Assembly (NCBI RefSeq): GCF_001194135.2
Contig: NC_068981.1
Span: 136,230,752-136,294,751 of the forward strand
DNA length: 64,000 bases
Reading direction: 5' to 3'
From: Octopus bimaculoides
Lineage: Eukaryota
Part shown: one piece after another, positions 35,421 to 49,700 of the stretch
How the letters are laid out: every line of letters begins with the position of its first letter
Position numbering within the stretch: position 1 is the first letter of the stretch
Position numbers and translations under genes: made by a program
Notes under the pieces: model-generated
The model's database searches: none
Told to the model about the DNA's origin: nothing
What the model saw: the letters and a program-made list of their open reading frames with translations, nothing else

Positions 35421-37284
35421 GTTAATGTAGATCTCTCTTTTTCTCTCTTTTTTTCTTTCTTTCTCTTTCTCTCACTCTCTCTTTCTCTCACACACACATA
35501 ACTGCAGGACTTTAACTTCTTGGTGACTGATCAATTTACAGGGTTAATTTTCTATATTCAGCAAAGTGTCAGTATTTGAAATGTGGGGTTTGTAGATTTT
35601 AATACTGCCATTGGTTTGAGTTTAAACCTGTCACTGTAAACACTTATTTTGTGATGTTAAGTAATAGATGATATTGAATACTTCCAAATGGGAATTAAAG
35701 AAAATATAGTTGAAAAGATTTCTTGTTTGCTACTAGTGTTAATATTTAATTCTAACTTTGAATAAAATATTGATTGATTTTTATGGAATATGGATAACCA
35801 CTCACTTGACCTACTACAAATTGAATTGCGTTTTAATATCATTCCATTTCTACATTCAACAATTGTAGTGTTGTCTTTTTCTACCTTCCTTGAAATATTT
35901 CAAAGAGATGAGCAGCTGATGTTTTCAGTTAAAATTGCTGAGTTTATGATCATCAATGAAATGATATTTCATAGCTTGATGAACATGAAAGATGGCTTTG
36001 TTGTGTTACATGCAGAGAGAAAGTTACCATTACAGTTCTTTTGATCTGATAAAAGATGACCTTATTCACTATAGTCATGAAATAGCTATTTCTAAGAAAT
36101 GGACACTGCTACAGTTTTATTACTGTAACTAAATCTTGATATGCTTATTATTTACATTTGACTTAGTGATAGGCTAAATTATATTTCTGTTTATGCTGTC
36201 AGTTTAGACAGAAAGACGAAGTAATCACCAGACTTCAAGTAAATCCTCAAAAAAATACATTCTTTGTTCTTTTCAAAGCTGATTTTCATAATGATTCTGT
36301 ACTGGAAGGACTTGCCCATTTCATGCAAGCTTTAAAAAAAAAATATATATGTATATATGGGGAGCATAAAAATATTGATGTTTCCAACTCTTAGCCAGTA
36401 AAATATTTGAATTTTCTCGTTTTATTTTCCTTTTGGTAATATAATTTTGTCACTTGTTAATAATTCATTCATAATTGTCAGATTGCAAGCCAATTAGAAA
36501 ATTCATATTGTGATTGCAATTATCAAAACATTTGTTTCTACTATTGAAATAAAATGCATGTGTATGAGATGATGGGATTAGTGACACTGTAATAGGCTAC
36601 AGGCCACAAGTTCAAATCATCTTAGAGCTGTGTTGGAAATTTTTTTTATCTAGGGAATATATTTTACTATCTCTTAATTGTTGGGTAGTTTCTAGTGTTG
36701 TAAGTTTATCATTTCCAAATAGTGCTTATTCAGCTCAGTTCTAAATCTGTAGGCTCATAAAAACAAATGTAAAACTCTGAATTTACTTTCCAATAACTAC
36801 CAACCCAAGAACATAAAAAATAATTAAAAATAAAACCCAGCTGGAAGAAACTAGTTGTGATTATCAGAACTCCACTCATGATAGTTTACTAATTTTATGT
36901 AGATGAAACCTTGATATTTAGCTTTGACTCTGCCAGAACTCTTGGTATTATTTCTGGATCTAATATTGGTTTCAGATTTTGGCTTAAGGCCAGCAATTTC
37001 GATGTAGGGTCAATTACATCAACCCCAGTTTTCAACTGGTACTTATTTTATCAATTCAGAAAAGTTGTAAAGGCAAAGTCGAACTCCAGTGGAATCTGAA
37101 CTGAATGTAAAAACAGACGAAATACTGCTAAGCATTTTGCCCAGCATTCCTTAAGCTCTGGATGTAATATTGCATGACAACATCACATGGGCAATGTGTG
37201 TAGATGTACAGTATTGTGGTGTTAGAAAGCTTCAATACAAATGAATTTAGTAAGGCAAATGAATATTTGTTTTGAGGGGTATAT

Positions 37285-37586
37285 TTTTCTTGTTGCTGGA
37301 GCACTGCCTTTCGTCAAACACATCAACCCCAGGACTTATCCTATCATTCTCTTTTGCTGAACTGTTAGGTTACAAGTACATAAACACACCAACATCAGTT
37401 AAGTGATGGTTGGGACACGCACATACATGACAGGCTTCTTTCAGTTTCTGTCTACCAAATCCACTCAAGGTTTTGGTTGGCTTGAGGCTGTAGTAAAAAA
37501 CACTTGCCCAAGGTACCACACAGTGGGACTGAACCCGGAACCATTTGGTTGGGTATCAAGCTTCTTACAACACAGTGCCTGCACCT
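37285..37586 (-). mobile_element. SINE family A, diverged
   Basis: Collinear with the reference copy, many CpG-to-TpG/CpA changes. Confidence 0.8.
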
Positions 37587-38341
37587 ATGCATGAAACCAA
37601 CTATGTTGGTAAAATGGTTTGTGTTACAATTAGTTAATGTGAGATGTACGAAGTTTATAAACTGATTAGGCAATGGTAAGATGAGGATTAAGATGAAGTG
37701 AAATATTCAGAGGATTAACTTTTAAGTAGGAAACTTGTTCATAAATGTTTCCTGTATTGATGAAATAATTAAAACATTCAGCATTAATATTGTCATTCTT
37801 TCACTGCATAATTCTAATTTTTTTTTCTAATTCTCTTAATATTAACAATAACATTAATTTGAGTATTATTATTATATCGGTTACATTGGACCTCTTTGAT
37901 GATGTAACATGCATACCAATGAAGAAATACCACACAATTTATTATTGCAGAAGAAATTAAAACTCATTCCACACAGTTTATTATTGCAGAAGAAAGTAAG
38001 ATTCATTAACATCATAAATTTATACGTTTCCCATGTTGGTATGGATTGAGCTCTGATTAATTTATTTTAATGGTTAATTTGAGATTAGACTAAGTATTTT
38101 CCTCTCAATTACTTGTATATAAATTGGTTCTTGTGGAATTGCAATTTACATGTTCAAATTAGTTTATCGAGAAAATGATTTTGAATACTCAATTAAGACC
38201 AATGAATATTGCTAATGTATTGTTAGACCTAGTAGTTTCATGCAACTTGTTCAATGGTATATTACAGTACTGAAGATAATTTATGCAAATCTAAGTGCAG
38301 TTTACACTCTGCACACAAACATACATACACACACACACACA

Positions 38342-38388
<47 letters not shown>

Positions 38389-39356
38389 CTATTGTATTAT
38401 CTCTCTACTGGTATTGTGGAAAGCAGAGTTTAGTGTTAATTTTATAGCTAAATGCATTATTACTATTGAAACCAATTTTTTGGCATCAGCAATTACTGTT
38501 TCTTTTATATGCAAAAATCATTGGAAACAGCTAAATTAGAATTGACAATTTTTTTTTTATATCTTAACATAACTGCAAAAGAAAAATAAACCTGATAACT
38601 TCTATATGTTTTCATTTTAGAAGATAAGTTCTTAGTTATTTTGTGAAACAGTTGGCAGGAGATCACAAAAGTATTACCCTACTCCTATGTTTATTAAGGC
38701 TGGCTCATTTTGTCTTACTGAATATAAATTAGTGAATAATTTTAAAAGCATTTTAGAATAAATCTTTCAATAGATTTATGCTAAAGTCCTCTTCAAATGA
38801 TTCAACACACACACATTTTTGTCTACCTTGACCCAAGATTATAGAAGACACTTGCCCAAGGTGCCATCCTGTGGCATTGAACCTAAAATCATAGTTGGGA
38901 GGCAAACTCCCTACCATACAGCTACGCCTACACCTTTATAAAAAGAACTTAGTGTAATGTAAATTCAACATTTTCAATTGAGCCAACATCAATTTTATGT
39001 AGTTGGGAGGGAAAGTGATACTGATGGACACTGGTGAGAGGAGGGAGAAAAGAATTCTTAAACTGGAAATACAGCCTAAATTCTTGCAACAGGGGGGTTC
39101 TACTGTATGTGCCCAAGTTGCTTAAATGGTGGTGTTTCAACTGGGCAGCAGGTTAAGCCTACTACCCAAGTAACTGATGGTGGTATTTGAACTTCGAACA
39201 TAAACGGAACATACTACAAGATATCTTGTCCATTCTTACAGTTCTGCTAATCTACTCACTTGAGATTGGTAGTGTTTAAACATCCTCCAAAAGCATGAAA
39301 GGCAAAGTTGACTTCAGTAGGATTTGAACCTGGATGCTAAGCGTTTACTACAAATA

Positions 39357-39530
39357 CAAGCACCTACTACACTCTCTGAGTGGTTGGCGTTAAGAAGGGC
39401 ATCCAGCTGTAGAAACTCTGCCAAATCAGATTGGAGTCTGGCATAGCCATCTGGTTCGCCAGTCCTCAGTCAAATCATCCAACCCATGCTAGCATGGAAA
39501 GCGGACGTTAGACAATGATGATGATGATGA
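39357..39530 (+). mobile_element. Family C 3' end, near consensus
   Basis: GAGTGGTTGGCGTTAAGAAGGGCATCCAGCTGTAGAAACTC..GGAAAGCGGACGTTAGAC-(ATG)n. Confidence 0.85.
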
Positions 39531-42500
39531 CTCTGATTCTGCCGGTTCACTTTCCTGTGCTGAAAATAAAATGGTTTGGGTATTAGTTATATTTCTAGGT
39601 TCTGGTTTGTAATCCTGCTTGGTTGTTTTTAAAATATAGTACCAGCTAAGTACTAGGTTTAAATGACAGAACAGCCCATCAGTCAAACATGTGCATAACC
39701 TCTAATCAAACGAATGTATGAAAATACACTTGAATGGCTTGAAGCTTCTCGCAGACCTTGTATTCCCAGTTATACAATGCATTTCCACCAAACTGAAGAC
39801 CATGCTTCAATGTGCAGTGATAAATCATACTTGATGCAATATGATGGTCTTGATATGGTTATACTCTGTCCACTGTCTAATCTATAGCTCTTTACCTGCA
39901 GATTTTGGTGGCAGGATGGATTTAGTCAGAGCATAGCAGTTACTGTTCCTCAGCTTCTATCATTGACCAGTTAGCATTCAGATTAAATTATATTATAATT
40001 CTTATTTATGGACATTGTTTTGAATTTAATCAGGCATTATCCTGTACCTTTTGAAATTTTGATGTGATTGCATATTTTTTGCATTGTAAGATGGGTGTGA
40101 TAGACCCAATCTGGTTGCCTTGAACTTGAAAAAATATCTTGGCCAATTTAAATACCAAAGTGTTAAACTTGAACAATGTATATGTATAATGGTTAATAGA
40201 ACTTTGAAAACCAAGTGCTTTGAAGGGTAAAGAGCTCAGAACAATTTCTCATAAATTTGAGTTGAACAAACATGGAAAACACACACACACTCTCACAAAA
40301 AAAAAAAAAAAAAGAAATAAAGCTGGGCAATAAATATCAAATTTGTGTATGAATTTAATAAATGATAGGGCATTGATCTCAAGCAGTCAATAGGAATTAA
40401 AATCAAATATAAAGTTACAACTAAATGTAAAGATTTGTTAAAAAAAGAAAAATTACATATTAATTTTCAACATGTTTCAGTTTGAGAGATATTTTTTAAA
40501 AGTATCAACAAAAAATCACTGTAAAATAACACATGAAAAATCTATATACATAGTGTAAGGGATATGATTTTTTTTAAATTAAAATTTTCACTGCACAATT
40601 CAGTTGGTCATTCATTGTAAATGTACACTCTCTCTCTCTCTCTCTCTCTCTTCATATGTGATATGTGTATTTGACTGTGTATTGCAGTAGAAATTTTAAA
40701 ATTGAAGACACCCTGCCCCAACCTCCAAATATTTTTATAAATAATGTTAACATATTTTCATCTATGTATATTCATCTAGTGAACAATGAAAACCGGACTA
40801 AACACATACTGATTTTGCTTATAAAAATACTTTGTGTTTAATCCTTTTATTTAAAAAATAAAATATCTGCATAATTTACCTTCTGGGAAGTTTATTCTGT
40901 GTAACTGGTGAGTTTGTAACTTCGTAGACAAATAGAGGTAACTAGTTGTGTTCTCTTTAACTTGGGAATTTAACTCAGTTTCACTTGCATTGATACTAGA
41001 TATTTTCTAAATTCTTATAGTACAAGCATTGATTTAAGATAGTTAAAAGTTAGTTAAAACGTTGGTGATTCTAGAGAAAAATTATTGGGTGTGCAGGCAT
41101 GGCTGTGTGGTTGGAAATTTGCTTCTCAACTACATGGTTTAAGGTTCAGTCCAATTATGTGACACCTTGGGCAAATATCTTCCATATCCTAGAGTTGACC
41201 TAACCTTTCTGTGAATTTGATAGATAGAAACTGTACAAAGCTCATCATATGCTTGCATATCTGTTAAGTATTCATGGTGGTGAGCTCCAGAAGACATGTG
41301 GAATAAAAAAAATCCCTTACATGATCAGGTAAAGATAGTGATAAGGGCATCTAATTGTAAAGAATACTTCAATCTGTTTTGCATAACCTGTGCTGGCCTG
41401 GAATATGTAAAATAAGCTGACAAATATGGTACCAGGCTTCCAATTTGTGCTTCAGATTATACTGCATGGTGTTTTGAGATTGTTGAACAAGGTGTTGAAT
41501 TTTGCCCAGCTTTATCTAGCAGTAAAATAAGATATTCCATGGAAATTTAAAAGCAAATAAAATAGCATTCCATCCAGAGGGAGATTTCTCATTTGCCAAA
41601 TGCTACAGAAATCATTTCCATAGTCATAAAATAAAAATGATTACAACTAGAAGTGAAATTTTGATATAAATTCTAGGTTTAAGTATTCTATTCCTCTGTG
41701 GAAAATGTTAAAGAAGACAAACCAATGTGGGAACAAAACTGATTTTCAGCCTTAGACTGACTATGCTGCAAGTTACCATTTGAAAAGCATGCCAAATCTT
41801 ACCTATATGGTTTTAACTTCTACAATAGTTTCAGTTCATTTAATCTAGCAAGCTTAAAATCAAGACCACCTGTTTTGATATTTTTTTTATTTCTTAAATA
41901 TTACTGTTTCATTAATCTTGAAAGCCCATATTTTCATCTCTTTTCAACCGATTTGTATAAGCTAAAACATTACATCTTCATCAACTTCTCTATTTTGAGA
42001 GAAGAGTCTGTAAGAACTATGGATACTATCTCATCTCAGATTAAATAATAATGCTTTCTAATTTAGAGACCATCTGCAATTCTGAAGCAATAGGATTAGT
42101 TGATACCATTGACCTCAGAATTTGACCAGTACTTTATTTTAATGACCCTGAAAGGAAAAGTTAACCTCAGTATTTGAACTTGGAACATAAAGAGCTGAAA
42201 CAGATAAAGCAAAGCATTTTTTCTGAAGCTTTAATGAATCTACCAAATATTCTGTTGGTATTATCAACTCATTTAGTCTAAATTTTTCTGAATTTATGAA
42301 GTTCCTTGTCAATTACTGGTAATAGTTTCATTCCTCTCCAATTTTACCATTGAACATAAAATTCAATCCCTGCTCTATAATAGAATGTTTTAGTACTTTG
42401 ATTCAACAAAATAATATAATGATGATGCGACTAATGCATGAAGCATTTCAAGCTTTGATTGGTGTAACCTTTTTTCTTTTTCTCTCTCTCTCTGTAAGTA

Positions 42501-45500
42501 GCCTTGTATTAGCGAATAGCACCCCCATTTTTACATGTAAAAAATGAAAAGAATTATAAAAAAGAATTCCAAATGATCATGTATTAATCCATTGATGTTT
42601 GAGAGCTGATGGTATTTCTAAAGGGTAATAGTTGACTGCATTTGATAGGACAATACTGTGTTTCAAATGATGGTATGTTTGCTTTGATGGTTGCACTACT
42701 ACTAAGCTAAGGGGAGAAGAAAAAGGAACCTTTCAACCTTTTATGAATATTGAAAGGTATTGGAATTTCTCTATTGCACAATTTCTGCTACATATTCCAG
42801 TGCACACAAGTTGAATGACATTTACGATTTAAAAGACAAAATATAAATTCATACAAGCTTTATGCAAAGAAATTCATGGGTTTTATAAAATTTATGAGTT
42901 ATGAAAGCTTATTCTGTAGAATTCTGCACGTTAGAAACATCTAGGAATTTCTAATATCTGACACTTGCAGGATTTACACTCAGGAAAACTATTTTCAAAT
43001 TTATTCAAAGAATTTTTAGTTAATTTTTTAATGTACATTTGCTATTCATGACGAGCAAATGATCAAACTAGCTATAAATGCTGAAATTTCTTCAATGTGT
43101 TTTTGTTAATTTCTTAAAATATAATCCTATATCAAGTCCTAAATATAAGTCTTTTAATGTACAGCTGTTTTATTAGATTTTTATTTTTTGTGTATATTTA
43201 TATATTTTCATTTAACATTTGAATCAAGTTTCAATAGTTTGTTAAATTTATTCCTTTTCATGGAAATGTTCAGGAATTATTTTCATTATTAAAATCATGA
43301 TATGAAAAAAAATTTTTATTCTCGTATAAAGTAATTTATATATATTTATTAAATTTTCACTGGAATCTGTATTAAAATTTTGAAATTGTAAATCAATACT
43401 GACATTCCATGTTTTGCATCATTGCTCATTTATATGACACTCATTATTTCTTTTGAAGCTTGTAATGTAAAGTGTCTAATTGAAGACAAGTTGTTCAGTC
43501 AACAGTATATTTCTAATACTTTAATGTCTATCTTTATGGTCAAAAGAGACAGTGGCAAAGCTACACTTATCTAATGATATTGAATGTCTGCCATTTTACA
43601 AATACATTCTGCTCTTGTTACACATGTTATAACCAAAAGCAGTTTTTTCCCTCTCCTCCTTTACAACTGTTTGGCAGAGCATGGTACTTTTATTGATGTT
43701 GCTAAGTATATCATTATATTTGTATACCTTAGCTCTCTCTTTTGCTCTTTCTTTTTCCCTGTATTTATTTTTAACACTTTTTTTATATATAATCTCAAAT
43801 TGATTAGATGAAGCTGACAAGCTGGAAAGTTATTTTGTAACCTGTGTATAGGATTAGTGATCTTTTTTGAGAGATATCTTCATATAACTGAATAGACCTG
43901 TATAACCTGTCACAATGGAAGGCAGCTGATAATGTTCCAAGAAGCTGGACAGTATTCATAGCTTGAAAATTCTCCTATAAAGCCACATGCTGGTGGGATA
44001 GTGCCCTCTCTGGGACTAGTTTTATATTTAAAATTCAGTATACAAATTGTATTTATGTGGTTAAAGTAAGAGATTTGAGTTATTGCAAGGTGAGACAATT
44101 TTGAACTTCGTTAATCTGAAGCTATTGGTATCAGAGGGACATATGCTATTGAAATATTGAGTCTTTGCAACCAGCTGGAGCCTGTTGGCAGTGTTTAGCT
44201 TTTATCTTCTTTCTCTTTCTATATGCATGCCAATAACAGATTTTCACATGCAGCAGCAACAGCTATGTTTCCAGTAGCCAACTACAAGCTGCAGTCTGTG
44301 TATAATTAATATTACATATTGAGTGGATCATGTGCAAGATATTCTTTTTGCCTTCATTTTTCTTTTGTCATTAGGAATGATTCGTTGTCTAAAGGTTATA
44401 GAGTAATTTACAACTCCATAGGCTGCTTATTAAGTTCTGTCAGTTGTATTGCTGTGAGCTGAGTGGCTGAAATTTTTTATTGTAAATACACTTTTGTAAT
44501 AACATTAATATCAAATCTATAGTTTGGCATTTAAAATTTTTGTTGCCATGTGTGATTGAAAACACTATTTAGTTGAGCCACTACTATCAAACTCCTAATT
44601 TGAAGTTTCACACAAACACTGGAATGTTTTAATGATTTGATGTATTGTTTTCAATTTAGTTAGGTGTTTATGATTAAATATTAAAATCTGAAATGTGTTA
44701 GTAAAAGCAAACATGGTATCTAAAGAACACTTCAGTCGAAACACATTACTATTTGTTATTTCCTAAATTTAAAGTCTATTTCTTGGAGATACAAATTGAT
44801 TACTTTCTTACTGAAGTTATATATAAAAGCAAACTACTCGATATTCAATTTGAATATACATAGAAATGTAAAATTACCATGTAAATTAGGTGTAAAACAA
44901 TAGTGAAGAAGCAAAAATATTTTTCAAGTTAGCTTTACAGAGCAATTAGGCATAGCTTAAAATCATTTTCTTTTTCCTTTTAGTTTTCACAACTGTGTAA
45001 TAAGACTACTTTAGAATAAGTTTCTTAAAAGCAAATTAGTTATACATTACATTTTTTCTTTCCTGTTGTTAATAACCTTAAGGGAATTTGGAATCTGAAA
45101 CTTTTTGCTTGAACCTCCAGTTTACTTAAGCTACAATCATATTTATAGTATAACATAGCTTTTAGTTTGCAATTTTTCTTTATATCATTACAAATTGCTG
45201 TTGGCGAAAATATTCAGCTTTCCTCAATCTTTACTTGGAAATATATATATATATATATATTCATTCAGTTTTTCATAGATACTTTTTCTTAAAGAATTTT
45301 CCTACTGGAGGCAGCTACTTTTGTGTGTGTTGGTGTGTTTGCATGTACACTAGCTTTTTAAACTTAATATACACATGATTTTCAGTGCAATTTGAAATTG
45401 AATGCCAACTGATGTATAATTTCATAACTTTAGAAAATGATTGAAGAAAAGATAGAGTATAGAATGCTATTGTTTTAGATGCTTTGTTAACTTTCATTTG

Positions 45501-48500
45501 TTGAATTATATTTCTTTATTCACATAAACAGCTTGCATGATTGTAATTTAACAAATGAAATGAAATCCCTTGAAGCTTTTAAAAAACCAAAAAAGTGAAA
45601 CTCACAAAGCTGAACAAAAAATACTCAAATCTTTTTGCTATCTTAAAGCAATAATTAATAAAGCTCATTAATTTGTTTGTTTTTTTTTTTGTTTTTTTTT
45701 CTAATTTTCATTATTGTAAATCTTTGAAATTTTTACTTTTTCGTCTCTTTTACAAGTGCTGCAGCTAAATGAAATTCTTTTGAGATTTTAAATATTTTTT
45801 TTGTTTTTCTTTTTACATTTGATCTTACTCAAGCAAAATCAATGGTTGCCTATCTGCTTCTGTGGTTGGCCACAAGCAACATCATCTGATGGCACTTAAA
45901 TCTGTTCAGTAAAATATAATTTGCATTGTAGACTTTTAAATAGACACCCTTCTCTCAGTATAATTCAGAACAGACTTGCATATGGTTTAAGATTCAGTTC
46001 TTGCTGTTATAGATTTTATGTTTTAAACATTCTTGTTTATTGTGAGTTAAACTTCAAATGTTTAATCATTCTAATAATTTTCAAGAATAAACTTTTGGAA
46101 TTTGTTCTGGCTAAGGAAATAAAATTTAGCTTTTCCAAGAATATTTGAAGGTGATATTTTGATTTTTTTTTTTTGTTTTCATTCTTGTAGATTTAGCATA
46201 AAAACTTATTCCTTCTGTTCAATATTAATATTTGAAAATGACCAGATGTTTATTCTGGTATCAGCCTGATCCAATAAGAATGTTCATATTTTTGTTTGAA
46301 AAAATAGTTTTTTTTTTTACATTTTCATCTTGAAATCTTTTCAGACTAAAATATTACCTAGAACTGTTTGGAATATTCCATGACTGTTCAAGCAAGATAT
46401 TAACTTACTGTTCTATATTTTCATTTGAGTAATGAGATTTACTATCTGTATTTAAATATTTAGAATACTATACATAATGAAATGTTTCTGCTGTCAAAAA
46501 ATTCTTTCAGGCTGGCTACTTTCTCCTTGGTTATATTGAGACCAACTGACATGTGGAAGCATTATTCTTCTGTATAATATGTATTATGTAAGTTACTATT
46601 CAAATATTCAAAACTTAAAGTTGGTGAACATCTTTGTATGTTTATTTCCTTAGGGTAGCCTTATATCCTTTACCTTTCTATTTCATGAATTTTCAGATTG
46701 AATTTGTGTAAATCAAGACACGACTACTTCATAGAAGCAGAAATTGGTTTAAGTTTGTTATATTCACAGCTGGACGTCAAAATAATATATATCGGTTTAA
46801 GTTAACCTAAATTCAATCATATTACTAAGGAACTGTTCTATGTCTCCGTAATAGGAATGGATGAGGGAGCTTACCATCCATGATGAGATACTGAGTTGTA
46901 GAATCTTAGCTGAAGACTGAAGCCGTCTTCAGAGTAATAGTGATAAGTGTCAAGCTGTTTATCATAGGTCATTGATGTAGTGTATGTACCATGGTACAAG
47001 GAGTACCAGCTCTCTCCATAATATTGCGATTAGAATCTCCTTTCAGATAGGATAATGTCACTGTATGATCTGAGGACTATTGGCTCTCAAGCTAGAGCAC
47101 GGCTGGTCATACCAAACTGTAACTGTGGTTATGTTTTACAACAGCATATTCATTCATTGATATTAAATATTGGGAATACAAAATAAATTAACACACAAAT
47201 ACTACTACTACTACTACTACTACTAATATATAATAATGTCAGGGAATTGTAATCAGATAAATAATAATGAGTATTGATGTTTGTAAATATGTAATTAATT
47301 TTAGCTGTTATAATTAAAACAAGGACAAATTTTTGTTTTAGCAGAAAACTGATAATTTTGTAAAATCTTTTTTCTTTTTTACATATTGTCATTAGATAAT
47401 GTTTCATTTTATTTTATCTTAATGAAAAATTTGATTTCTTCAGATAATTCATTAATTTTCATTTCGGTTTTTAATAGCCTTTTGATGAGATTTTTGGTTT
47501 TGAGGCCCTTTTGATGAAGTATTTTTATTTTATCTTAAATTGTAATTTTCAATTTTCTATTAAGTGTTTAGTATATTTGTAAATAAATAAACTATTAGAA
47601 GCATTTCATTTTGCCAGTTGTTTCCTTATAATTATTTTGAATACTGAAACTTACATGTTTGATATTGAAGTAGCTTGTTTTAGAAATGAAAAAAAAAAAA
47701 AAAAAGAATGGATCTGTCAGATGCATGTATTAAAAAGATAACTTTCTTGTAACATTTAAATAGTATTCACATGAACAATATTAACAGGCAATACATTTAT
47801 TTTGCCTGGTTTTTAAAGTTGAAACTGCAAGCTGTTACATTATTTCTAGTAATAAATCCAGAATTTATTGAATTGTATTGCAGTTGTGTTGTAATCTTTA
47901 TTAGATTTTTTTAAATCTTAAGTACTTTGATATTCCATTGAATGTCCACAATTTCTTTTTCTGTTAACTTAAACTTTTGACCCTATGTAATGTTTTATAG
48001 AACCTCATTATTGGGGGCTGGACACTGTTTTACTAATGAATTGAAATTTGAAGAGTAAACTAAATATGAGATGTGTAAATTTTGTTAGAATCTTATGGAA
48101 CTTATATATAACAAAAAAAAAAAAAAAATCTGATATGCATTGCATCTCTTCAGTCTTTTTAGTACAAATTTCTGAGTATTTGAAATACATATGTTTTCAC
48201 ATGTGCCTAACAACTTCTCCATCCACCTCAGATTTTTGTTACAGCTAATCTGAGTGAGATTTGTTTATCCATCAGGATTTTTGCTAATGCTACTAAAGGC
48301 TTCTTGCCCACAAATTGATCTAGCTTGAAGCCATTTTAATGCAGTCTTGTACCCAATTATCTTAAACATCCATGATTGACAAATATTGTCATTTAGGATT
48401 AGAAATCTGCACTGAAAATCCATGCTCAGTTAGTGGAAATTTATCAAATATTTTGATTGCTTGTTGTTCAAGAATACGTTCATCTTATCAGTAAGAACAG

Positions 48501-48939
48501 TTTTCTAGCTGAGTCACTTGGAGTATATAACGCATACTTTGTCTCACTTCAGTAAAACCATAACTACAGATAGTATGGATATAATGACCACTTTGAACAC
48601 TGAGCTTCATTTGTAGCTTTGAAGCACACAACATACAAAACATTTTGTAGATATGTGACCTGTATTTGCCATTAATTTATAAGAGCTCCTTAATCAACTT
48701 GTCATGATTTCCATGAGTAATTGTGTTTTTTCAAACAGCTCACTGCCAGCCATATAAAACAATAGTGCATCCTTCTTGTATTGCCTTTTAATAAGCTGGA
48801 TTCTCTTGTATAACTATAACATTGTGCTTAGTTAAGTCAGTAGGTGGGGGCAGTACTTCGCAGTTATTTTTCATTTGCCATCCATTAACATTCATCACTT
48901 AGAAGCACTTTAGATTGTTGCCCTAGTTCAATTTTTCTT

Positions 48940-49700
48940 ATTTCACCACATGTTCATTATGTGTTGACAGTCTCGTCAATTGTGGTCCTTTGTTGTCTCA
49001 GTATGAAAGATTGGCTTTTGCCAGTTCTCATATCTTTCACTAGTATCCCTCCTCCACTGATTCCTTCTAATTGCATTACTTGGCCCTTCTTCACCCAATA
49101 ATCATCCATATGTATTGCATGTCCAGTTTAATCTTATCTCTTTCTTGCTTCATCTAATTTCTAGATTTTCTCTCAGCTCATTTATATTCCTTTGTTCATG
49201 CACACCAATATTTCACATCCATTAGAGTATGCTCTCCTACTTTCTGTCCAGCCTTTTGCACATCCTCTGAATTCAATGCCCGTATTTTGTTATCAAGTAA
49301 CATCATTACATATACAAGCATCCTGCAGTCTCCTCATTTGGTAAGAGTCCTTTTGTTCCCATTAGAGATTATAGTTCTCTAAAACTTTTCTTCTTTAATC
49401 TTATCTTATTTACTATGCTTTTCGAGCACCTACTTCCACTGCTAAGTCACCGTGGTACTAGAATTTATCGGTAATTTCTAAAGAACCCTTCAAGCATTTG
49501 AAAGCATTTATTTCATGATTCTCTTATTGTTAATTACTTCTGCACTTCTGTAATATACAAATCTATTAACCAGATTGTGATCTTACTGCACCCATAGTTT
49601 CCATCATACACCATATGGATTGTCTTACTACCATTCTGTATATTGACCAAAGCCACTTTCCAGTAGAGTCCTAAATGTTAGGTCATGCACTTCTAGATTT
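48940..49700 (-). pseudogene. Decayed RTE-type LINE ORF, C-terminal region
   Basis: Minus strand gives YRMVVRQS..ET, INELRENLEIR, RLNW/GHAIHMDDYWVKK..LEG with stops and frameshifts. Matches RTE motifs VVRP.MLYG.ETW and RLRW.GHV.RM. Confidence 0.55.

Noticed and set aside
37930-38000. Microexon within a 39-bp direct repeat
   Set aside because: Explained as a local tandem duplication, and the phase-2 frame hits a stop.
46896-46913. D' guide for U2 snRNA Gm25
   Set aside because: Only 7 contiguous complementary bases, below normal guide length.
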